Source of the DNA: Pedosphaera sp.
GTDB lineage: Bacteria > Verrucomicrobiota > Verrucomicrobiia > Limisphaerales > F1-12-MAGs170
Direction: 5' to 3'
Length of the DNA: 53,475 nt
Assembly (NCBI GenBank): GCA_009695275.1
Contig: SIBF01000004.1
Location: 1 to 53,475 of the forward strand
Positions within the stretch are counted from its first letter, which is position 1, and every line of letters begins with the position of its first letter. Shown in pieces: positions 39,739 to 48,400 of this stretch. The translations under genes were made by a program, and so were the position numbers. The notes beneath the pieces were generated by a model, which did not search any database, was not told where the DNA came from, and saw only the letters and a program-made list of their open reading frames with translations.

Positions 39739-42480
39739 TCAATTCACAAACACGAATTCATTGCTGTTGAACAGGAGCCGGCACAGGTTGGCCAGTCCAT
39801 GTTGCTTTGCGTAGGCCGACAATTCGCGCGCTTCATCGGCATCCGGTAAACGCCCCCAGGTCCACTCGCAAGCTTCGTTGATGCTATGTTCCAGACCGGT
39901 TGCCCCACGGTCGAGCTGCGAGGCAAAGTGTTCGGCATAGCGGACCGTGAAGGCACTGTTCCAAAGCGCGAGCGCTTGTTGCACAGTCACGGAGTTGTTG
40001 CGCACCGGGGCGAGTTGATCACCCGCCGGGCAGTCGAGCGCGTCCATCATCGGATCCGGCAAGGTGCGGAAAAGGAAACGATACACGCTGCGCCGGCGGG
40101 CCATGTCGCTATCCACGTCGAACTTTGTGTAATCGACTTTTGGCGTGACATGAATGCCTGGCTGCAGATCGAATTGCTGATCGCTCGGCCCACCCATGCG
40201 CAGCTCCAGCCGGCCGGACATGAGCAGAATGGCGTCACGCACCTCCTCGGCATCGAGCCGTGTGCGGTTCATGCGCGAGAGGTAGCGGTTGTCGGGATCA
40301 GTCGTGTCCAGTTTTCCAGCCGCCTGCCGGTAACTCGCGCTGGTAACGATCAATCGATGAAGCTTCTTCAACGAGCCCCCGGCGTCGTCACGGAACCAGA
40401 CTGCCAGCCAGTCCAACAACTCGGGATGAGTGGGTGCCGATCCCATGCGTCCGAAATCGTTGACTGTCTCGACAATTCCGCGCCCGAAATGAAGGTGCCA
40501 GATGCGATTGACGATGGAGCGCCACACAAATGGATTCTCGGGATGCGTGAGCCAGCGAGCCAGGGCCGCACGGCGGGGACCTTCGACCTTCGCATCAGCG
40601 ATTGCGAATTGACTCGGCAGCGCGCGCGCACAGGAGAGAGTGCCTGGAGATGCGAGTTCGAGAGGCTTCGTGATTTCGCCGCGCCGCAGCATTCGCACTT
40701 CTCGTGGAGCACCGGCAGGCTTGTGACTGGCGTCCGGGGGGAAATCACTCGCTCCGGCAAAGACCAGCGCAGGCTTTGGAAGCCGGGAGAGGTCGCGCGT
40801 GATCCGTTCGCGTGCGACGAACGTGGCGAGCTGCAAGCGCTGCTCTTCGGTGCGTTCGCGTGGGGCGATCTTCACGAGCTTGTCGATCGTCTCGGGAACG
40901 ATTCTTACGGGCACTGGCGCATCAGTGATTGCCAGCCGCAGGCGTCCGATCAGATGCCCTGCGCCATGAAGTTGTTTCAGCGTGATGACAAGCTTCGAGC
41001 CGTCCGGCACGGACGCGGCTTGAGCAAGTTCGAAAACAGCCTGGTGCGACTCACCTTCACGCGGATGAACTCCCCACGCGGTCTTCTCGTCGCTGTCCAG
41101 CGCGTGACGGATCGTCCATCCGTCCTGATCGAAATCCGAACTGGCGTTGGTGAGGGAGAGCACGCGCGGAACTTCCGCCCCGCGCTCAAACAGGAACGCC
41201 TGAAATTCGCTGAGGTGCAGGTTGCCATTTTCATTCCTGCCCGGCCCGCTCTTTGGCAGGCGCTCATCCGCCAGTAATTCGAGACGAATTGCCGTCAGTT
41301 TTGGCAGGCCAACGCTCGTGGTGATCGTGTAGGTGTCCCGCTCCGGACGCGTGCCACTGGCGAACAACGACGCGTCCGATTGCCGCTTCAACGTGGTCCC
41401 GTTGGCCGAGAGGAACGTCTCCGGTTCCAGGACTTGCCATGCCGGCGGGTGGTGCTGTTGTTCCTCCCAGTCGGCGACGTCGCGCGCCGCCGCATCACTC
41501 AACAGAAGCGCGCGGTCACCCTGAGCGGCGCGCTTCAAGAACTCCTGCAACTCGCGCCTGCGCTGGTGAACCGTCTGATCGGGATCGTAAAAGCGATTAG
41601 CCTTGTCGGTGCCGGCGAACACGGCTTGGAGCGCGTAATAATCCCGCTGCGGGATTGGATCAAACTTGTGATCGTGGCAGCGGGCGCATTGAACAGTCGT
41701 GCTGGTGAACGTCTGCATCACCGTCGTCACGATGTCATCCCGATCAATATAGCGGGCACTCTGGCGATCCAGGGTATCTTCGCGAATGTCACGCAACGAA
41801 CTTTCATCCCACGGGCCTGAGGCCAGCAGTCCCATCGCCACGATCCCTTGCGGGTCTTCAGGGAACAGCACATCCCCCGCGACCTGCTCCTGCACGAAGC
41901 GTGGGTAGGGTTTGTCCGCGTTGAACGCGCTGATCAGGTAATCGCGGTAAGGCCACGCGTTCGTGCGGATGCGATCCTGATCATGGCCGTGGGTCTCGGC
42001 GAAATGAACCGCATCCATCCAGAGCCGCGCCCAGCGTTCGCCAAAGCGCGGGCTTTCGAGCAGGCGGTCCACCAGCCGCTCGTAAGCGTTCGTTGAGGTG
42101 TCGTTGAGAAACGTGCTGATTTCTCCCGGCGAGGGTGGAAGACCCGTGAGGTCAAAAGAGACGCGGCGAATGAGTGTCCTCCCATCCGCTTCGCCTGCCG
42201 GCTTGAACCCCTTTTGGTCCAGCCTGGCCAGGATGAACTCATCAACCGGATTGCGTGCGGGGTTTCCCCCGGAACTTGCGAAAGAATGATTTTGAACCGC
42301 TGGTCTGACCAGCGGGCGAATGGCCCACCACTCATTGGTTTCAGTCGCACCGAGCCTTACCGCCAGCGAAAGGACGAGCCCGCAAAGAACCGGACTCCGT
42401 CGTTTGCGAATCACATGGCAAAGAAGCAAGCCAAGACCGTTCAACAACGAACGGAAGTTCAACCTGGCTGTCTGGGTCAT
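39739..42480 (-). CDS. PSCyt2/PSD1 (DUF1549/DUF1553) family protein, long form
   Basis: Motifs CARCHDHKFDP and YGERWARLWMDAVHFAETHG, with an extra middle domain of ~200 aa relative to the other two copies. Start placed at MTQTARL before the hydrophobic segment. Confidence 0.85.
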   Translation of the reverse strand: MTQTARLNFRSLLNGLGLLLCHVIRKRRSPVLCGLVLSLAVRLGATETNEWWAIRPLVRPAVQNHSFASSGGNPARNPVDEFILARLDQKGFKPAGEADGRTLIRRVSFDLTGLPPSPGEISTFLNDTSTNAYERLVDRLLESPRFGERWARLWMDAVHFAETHGHDQDRIRTNAWPYRDYLISAFNADKPYPRFVQEQVAGDVLFPEDPQGIVAMGLLASGPWDESSLRDIREDTLDRQSARYIDRDDIVTTVMQTFTSTTVQCARCHDHKFDPIPQRDYYALQAVFAGTDKANRFYDPDQTVHQRRRELQEFLKRAAQGDRALLLSDAAARDVADWEEQQHHPPAWQVLEPETFLSANGTTLKRQSDASLFASGTRPERDTYTITTSVGLPKLTAIRLELLADERLPKSGPGRNENGNLHLSEFQAFLFERGAEVPRVLSLTNASSDFDQDGWTIRHALDSDEKTAWGVHPREGESHQAVFELAQAASVPDGSKLVITLKQLHGAGHLIGRLRLAITDAPVPVRIVPETIDKLVKIAPRERTEEQRLQLATFVARERITRDLSRLPKPALVFAGASDFPPDASHKPAGAPREVRMLRRGEITKPLELASPGTLSCARALPSQFAIADAKVEGPRRAALARWLTHPENPFVWRSIVNRIWHLHFGRGIVETVNDFGRMGSAPTHPELLDWLAVWFRDDAGGSLKKLHRLIVTSASYRQAAGKLDTTDPDNRYLSRMNRTRLDAEEVRDAILLMSGRLELRMGGPSDQQFDLQPGIHVTPKVDYTKFDVDSDMARRRSVYRFLFRTLPDPMMDALDCPAGDQLAPVRNNSVTVQQALALWNSAFTVRYAEHFASQLDRGATGLEHSINEACEWTWGRLPDADEARELSAYAKQHGLANLCRLLFNSNEFVFVN

Positions 42481-42628
42481 GGTCGGGAGAATAGTCGCCA
42501 CACTTCCGCACGCAAGCACAGGCAATAGTCCTCGGCGACGGTCGAATGCTGCGGAGAACTCAATTTCTGATTGGTTCAGTTTAGAATTCCGCTTGCCAGA
42601 CACGCGTCCGGTGCCTACCAGAGACGGC

Positions 42629-44014
42629 ATGAACCGCCGTAAATTCCTCAAGCAAAGCTCCACCGTAATCGCCGCCGCTGCCGTCGCTTCCTATGTTCCC
42701 ACCACTTTCGCCGCCGGGAAGTCGATCCGCGTCGGCCTCATCGGCACGGGCTGGTACGGCAAGAGCAGTTTGCTTCGCGCCATTCAGGTAGCGCCGATCG
42801 AAGTCGTTTCGTTGTGCGACGTGGATAGCAAGATGGCTGGTGCCGCCGCCGACCTGGTGGCCACCCGCCAGCTTTCCAAGAAGAAGCCGCGCATCTACTC
42901 GGACTTCCGCAAAGCAATCGCCGAGAAGGATGTGGACATCATGATGGTCTCGACGCCAGACCACTGGCATGCCATTCCGGCCATCACCGCGATGCAGGCA
43001 GGGTTCGACGTGTATTGTGAGAAGCCGACCGGCGTGGATGTGGTTGAGAGCCAGTCGATGGTGGCCGCCGCACGGAAGTACAACCGCGTGATGCAGGTCA
43101 ACACTCAGCGCCGCAGCACGCCGCACCTGATCGAGGCAAAGGAGGAGATCATCAAGGCCGGTCTGCTCGGCAAAGTGCAGAAGGTCGAGATCGGGGTCTG
43201 GTGGCACATGCGCAACAACATGCCCGTTTCGGAGGCCCCGGACATCGCGCCACCGGAAGGATTCGATTACGAGATGTGGACCGGTCCGGCGCCAAAGCAG
43301 CCCTTCAACAAGATCATTCACTCGCGCGGCTGGCGGGCCTACATGGAATACGGCAACGGCATCGTCGGCGACATGTGTGTTCACATGTACGACATGACCC
43401 GCTGGTTGCTCGACCTCGGCTGGCCGAAGAGCATCACATCCTGGGGCGGCATCCTCAACGACCGCAATTCGCGCGCAAACATCACCGACACGCAGACGGC
43501 GATCTACCAGCACGACGACTTCGACGTGACGTGGAACCATCGCACCTGGGGCAAGTCGCCCGAGCCCGACCCTGACTTTCAATGGTTCGGCACGATCTAT
43601 GGCGAAAAAGGCGTCCTCAAGTGCAGCGTGTTCCGCTACGACTGGATTCCATATTCGTCCGGCAAGGTCGAGCGCACGCGCAAGGCGTTGTTCGAATACG
43701 ACAAGCACCCCGAGGACAAGGCGGAGGAGAAGGAATGGAATCTCGAAGGCCACGTGGCCTCCGCGATGCGCCGGCATTGGCTGAATTATCTCAACGCGAG
43801 AGAGAACCGCGGCAAGATTCTGCCCGTCGCCGACATCGAGCAGGCGCACATCTCCAGCTCGTCGTGCTTCCTGGCCAACCTTTCGCAGAAGCTGGGCCGC
43901 ACGCTCGAGTTCGATCCCGCCACGCATACGGTGAAAGGCGATGCCGAGGCGAACCGGCTGCTGGCCCGGCCTTACCGCACACCTTGGGTCCACCCGACCC
44001 CGGACAAAGTCTGA
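42629..44014 (+). CDS. Gfo/Idh/MocA family oxidoreductase, Tat-exported
   Basis: Tat leader MNRRKFLKQSSTVIAAAAV and Rossmann GLIGTGWYG. A CEKP motif. Confidence 0.85.
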   Translation: MNRRKFLKQSSTVIAAAAVASYVPTTFAAGKSIRVGLIGTGWYGKSSLLRAIQVAPIEVVSLCDVDSKMAGAAADLVATRQLSKKKPRIYSDFRKAIAEKDVDIMMVSTPDHWHAIPAITAMQAGFDVYCEKPTGVDVVESQSMVAAARKYNRVMQVNTQRRSTPHLIEAKEEIIKAGLLGKVQKVEIGVWWHMRNNMPVSEAPDIAPPEGFDYEMWTGPAPKQPFNKIIHSRGWRAYMEYGNGIVGDMCVHMYDMTRWLLDLGWPKSITSWGGILNDRNSRANITDTQTAIYQHDDFDVTWNHRTWGKSPEPDPDFQWFGTIYGEKGVLKCSVFRYDWIPYSSGKVERTRKALFEYDKHPEDKAEEKEWNLEGHVASAMRRHWLNYLNARENRGKILPVADIEQAHISSSSCFLANLSQKLGRTLEFDPATHTVKGDAEANRLLARPYRTPWVHPTPDKV

Positions 44015-44048
44015 TCAAACACCAGAGCTCCTCTTAGCCGTAATTACC

Positions 44049-44193
44049 CAGTTGAAATGGAGAGCGCGGTCGTCTCGACCGCTGTTCTCGGCGTCTCGCC
44101 GAGAACTCAGTGGGCGTGACCAGTCACCAGAGGGTGGGTTTCCGGAGCGGACGAGCTGGTCAGCGAGACGCTGACCAGGGCGTGCGAGACGCA
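44049..44193. repeat. intergenic REP-like composite palindromic element (GGAGAGCGCGG…CGCGCTCCCC termini, four inner hairpins with TCTC/AGAC loops)
   Basis: Four hairpins read directly: GCGGTCG-TCTC-GACCGC, GTTCTCGGCG-TCTC-GCCGAGAAC, CTGGTCAGCG-AGAC-GCTGACCAG and GCGTGCG-AGAC-GCACGC. Located between convergent genes, where it could act as a terminator. Confidence 0.8.
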
Positions 44194-44219
44194 CGCGCTC
44201 CCCAATTGCGACTGAATAG

Positions 44220-45362
44220 TTACGGTTTAGTCGCTGAATTGCTGAAGCGGGGATTCCAAAATCGGCGTTCTATGAACCGGTGAAACAAACTGCCAAGCAG
44301 GATCGTTACGCCCACGCAGCAAGGAATCCGTAGTAGCAGAATCCCCATCGGGGTGTCGGCACCAGACGAATCAAAGGCATGCCCCACGAGCCGCACCACC
44401 GGCCAATGCACCAGATAAAGGCTGTAGCACATTAGTCCCAGAAAACGCAGTGGAGATAGAATCTGAAGGTTATACGCGGTGCCGTCCCATCGCTTCAGTC
44501 CGAGGATCAGCAGGGCGTAGGAAAATGCCGCCAGGTACGCTTGATTGAGTGGAAGCCGGAGTTGTCGCAAGTCTGGCACTGCCCACAGGATGCCGACCAC
44601 AAGCGGGAGACAAAACCAACCCCATCTTCGCAAGGGGACGTAATTCGAAACGTAATAGACCAGAACTCCCGAAGCGAACATCAGCCATTGACCATCGAGA
44701 AACAGGCCCTCCGTGCGCAACGTTCGCAGTGGAAACAGAACCAGGACGGTTACGATCAGCGTCACCAAACTCAGTGCATGAAAGAAAAATCGGCGCGTGA
44801 CGACCAACGCCAAACCTACCAGGAAATAGAACTGCTCTTCGAAACACAGCGTCCACGAAGGCGGCAGCAGGGGGTTTTCAGAGCCGCCAGTCAGATGCCA
44901 TCGCCAGGTTTCGGTCAGACTCAAATTCCCAAGCCACTGCCATCTCTTCAGTGATTGTGGCGGCGGGACGCCAAGAGCTTCAAAATAGCTCGCAGGAAGA
45001 AACCCCTCAGACAGCCATGCGAACAAGGCTGTCATAGCAAGCGCAGCCCAGAATGGCGGGTAAATCCGCCGGAAGCGTCGCCAGAAGAAAAACTTTGCCG
45101 CGCCAGGTTCCGATCGTAATAGGTCCGCCGATGCCGTGACGCAGTAGCCGCTGATCACAAAGAAGAGTGGAACTCCAATCCAGCACTTTCCCAGGATCGC
45201 AAAGATGCCAGCAGTCACGCCGCTGGTCTCCTGGAGCGGACTTCGCGCGGAATGATAAACGACGACGAGAAGGCAAGCAAAGCCCCGCCACAACGTCAGT
45301 GAGTCATAGCGAACTCGTGAGTGTGTTTCTCCGGCATTCTGCCTTTGGTCTTCCAGCTGCAA
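44220..45362 (-). CDS. acyltransferase family 3 (OafA-like) membrane O-acyltransferase
   Basis: N-terminal YDSLTLWRGFACLLVVVYH, the acyltransferase-3 signature, and about 10 TM helices. Confidence 0.8.
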   Translation of the reverse strand: MQLEDQRQNAGETHSRVRYDSLTLWRGFACLLVVVYHSARSPLQETSGVTAGIFAILGKCWIGVPLFFVISGYCVTASADLLRSEPGAAKFFFWRRFRRIYPPFWAALAMTALFAWLSEGFLPASYFEALGVPPPQSLKRWQWLGNLSLTETWRWHLTGGSENPLLPPSWTLCFEEQFYFLVGLALVVTRRFFFHALSLVTLIVTVLVLFPLRTLRTEGLFLDGQWLMFASGVLVYYVSNYVPLRRWGWFCLPLVVGILWAVPDLRQLRLPLNQAYLAAFSYALLILGLKRWDGTAYNLQILSPLRFLGLMCYSLYLVHWPVVRLVGHAFDSSGADTPMGILLLRIPCCVGVTILLGSLFHRFIERRFWNPRFSNSATKP

Positions 45363-45454
45363 ATCGTTTCACTCCACACACCGTGCGATAATCGGGCGAA
45401 AAGCCTTGCCAGCGGGGCCGTTTCTGACGCTCAACAGTGCCCGGTGAGAGAAAC

Positions 45455-48400
45455 TCACGCCAGGAGTGCTTTGGCCTTTGCCAACGCCTCGTCCAGCTTG
45501 CCCGGATCCTTGCCGCCACCGCGTGCGTTGTCGGGTTTGCCGCCGCCTTTGCCACCGACGATGGGGGCGATCTGCTGGATGATCTTTCCGGCCTGCACCT
45601 TCGCGGTGAAGTCCGGTGAGACGGAGGCGACCAGTGAGACGGCGTTGTTCGCTGCCCCACCGAGGACGATAACACCCTTGAACCGGCTCTTAAGCGCATC
45701 CACCACGGCTTGGAGATAATCCGCGTCGCCATCGGGGAAACCCTGCGTGATGAGCGGGATGCCGTTGACCGTCTCCGACCGGGTGAGCAACCAGGCCGCG
45801 GTCTGCGCCGCGTTTCGGGCGATGGACGTCTTGAGCGCCTTCTCCGACTCCTTCTGCTGCGCGAGCAGGCTCTCGACTTTCTTCTCCAACTCGGCGACGG
45901 GGGAATTCAACTTTCCCGCGACGGTGCGAAGGAGGTGAAGTTGCTGGTTCGCGAGTTCGTAAGCGGTGAGGCCGGCAACGGCTTCGATACGGCGCACGCC
46001 GGCAGCAATGGCGTTCTCGCTCACGATGCGGAACAGGCCAATCTCGCCTGTCGCACGGGTGTGGGTGCCGCCGCAGAGTTCCATTGAGTAACCATCCAGT
46101 TTGTTCGCCGCGCCGCCGATCTGGACGACGCGTACGGTGTCGCCGTATTTGTCGCCGAAGAATTGCATCACGTCCTTGCGCGATTTCACGTCGGCGTAGG
46201 GGACTTCGGTCCACGAGACGCCGGTGTTTTCAAGAATGCGTTCGTTGACGAGTTTCTCGATGTCGGCAACCTGCGCGGGTGTAAGCGGCGCGCTGTTGAA
46301 GTCGAAAGTCAGCTTGTCCGGGCCGACGAATGAACCTTTTTGCGACGCTTCCTGGCTTACGACTTCGTGCAGCGCCCAGTGGAGCAAGTGCGTGACGGTG
46401 TGGTGACGTTGGATGGCACTGCGGCGTTCGTGATCGACGGTGAGAAGGACTTCCGAACCGACAATTGGCAGCGCGTCGCCAGACGCGCTGGGAGCGCGAC
46501 CGTCCCGGTCGCCCTGCTGCGCGTCTCGCGCAGCAGATCGGTGGGGGTGGAAAACGAGAAACGTTGAGGAACTCGCGGCACCCTCGCGCGGGGAATCGGT
46601 CGGCGAGACGCCGACCGATGCGACCGGGACGGTCGCGCTCCCCTCTTCGATGAAATGGAGCCAGGTGTTGCCGGATTTTTGCGTGTTGGTGATGCGCCAG
46701 AGCTGGCCGCCGCCATTCAATTCGCCGGTGTCACCGACCTGGCCGCCCATCTCGGCGTAGCAGGCGGAAGCATCGAGGATGACAGCGGTCTTGTCCTTGA
46801 GCGAGACGACCTCCAGGACTTTGGCTTGGACGGCGAGGTGCTCGAAGCCGACGAACTTCGTGGGTGTCGTGGTCTCGATTTTCGAAAGTGAAATGACTTC
46901 CTTCTTCTGCGCGGCACGGGCGCGGGCGCGCTGCTCTTTCATCAGCTCTTCAAAGCCCTCCACGTCCACCGTCAGGCCACGTTCGCGCGCCATCAACTCG
47001 GTGAGGTCGAGCGGGAAGCCCTGCTCGTCATAAAGCCGGAACGCGAACGCACCTGAGATTTGGGCAGGGATGGCTTGGGGAGCGCGCCCGCCCCGGGCGC
47101 TGTTTCCCGCGCCCTCGCGGGAAACGGTCGGGCGTGGGACGTCACCGGACGCCGAGATTTCATTGTGCGTTCCCGAGCCGCCCGGGGCGGGCGCGCTCCC
47201 TGGCGCATCGGGAGTCCACAGCCAGCGATAATTCTCCGACGAGGGAACCACGGCGTTGTCCCAGGGATTGCGGCAGATGTAATGAAACTTCTCTTCCAAG
47301 TCCGAGTCGCCTCGCATCAGGCGGTCAAAAAAATCTTCCTCCCAAATATGAACTCCAGAGACCTTGGCCGCTTTGTTGATCTTGTGTGCGGTCGTGGACT
47401 TGATTCCGTGGAGGATTTCTCCGAGCGGATAAAAGACCGGTTTGCCGTCTTTGTCTTGCTCCTTGATTTGGGGTTCGAACAGCAGGTGAACATGGTCGGG
47501 CATCACGCGCGCGGCAAAAAGTTGATACTGCCGATGGGTGTGAGCATAGAGAACGCTCTCCAGCACGATGTCGCGCTCGGCCGGAGTGAGTTGCCGTTTC
47601 TCTCGCGTGGAGAAGGTCACCATGTATTTGCCCCAGGGTCGTTCGAAATGCGGCAGGCGTCTTTTGGAATAGGTAGCACCGGGGTTGTCGGACGCTCTGG
47701 GGCCGACCGCGAGGGCGCGGTCGGCTGCGCCCGGGGCGGGCGCGCTCCCCATCACCAATGGAAGCGGCGATCCCGCAGTCATGTGTGTCTTGTTTCCAAG
47801 TGTAATTCGAGCGGGACCACCCTGAATCAGACTCGCTTCCTCGTTGAAGAGCGCGATACCTTTGTCGAGCGTCTTGTTAAACGCCTCCTCCTCACGCTGG
47901 ATGACCTCCTGCACATGGGCTTTCCGGGCGCGAATTTCAGGGAAGACATCGCCCATTGTGTCGGCGAGCACGTCCACGAGCTTGTAGAAGAACGGTTGGT
48001 GGAAGCCGAGCGTGCGGCCGTAGCGCACGGCGCGGCGCAGGATGCGGCGGAGGACGTAGTTGCGGTCGGTGTTGCCGGGTTGGATGCCGTCGGCAATCGC
48101 AAACGAGAGCGTGCGGATGTGATCGGCAATAACCCGGAAGGCGATATCGAGCGCGATTTGCTCCGCACCATGGGCAGCGCGACCGTCCCGGTCGCTCTGT
48201 TGCGCGTCTCGCGCAACAGCCCCGGGGGTGTGGGAAGCGAGAGATGTTGAGGAACTCGCGGCACCCTCGCGCGCGGAATCGGTCGGCGGGACGCCGACCG
48301 ATGCGACCGGGACGGTCGCGCTCCCCGTCGCTTCGCGACGTAGCTTTTCCTCGGTCGCAGCGTCGGGTGTCCAGAGCCATCGATAGTTTTCCGTGGATGG

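Noticed and set aside
47060-48250. 396-aa plus-strand ORF (and several 100–200-aa ORFs on both strands) overlapping the alaS insertions
   Set aside because: They are antisense or alternative-frame read-throughs of palindromic REPs and GC-rich transposase sequence. Palindromes are stop-poor on both strands. There are no independent protein motifs.
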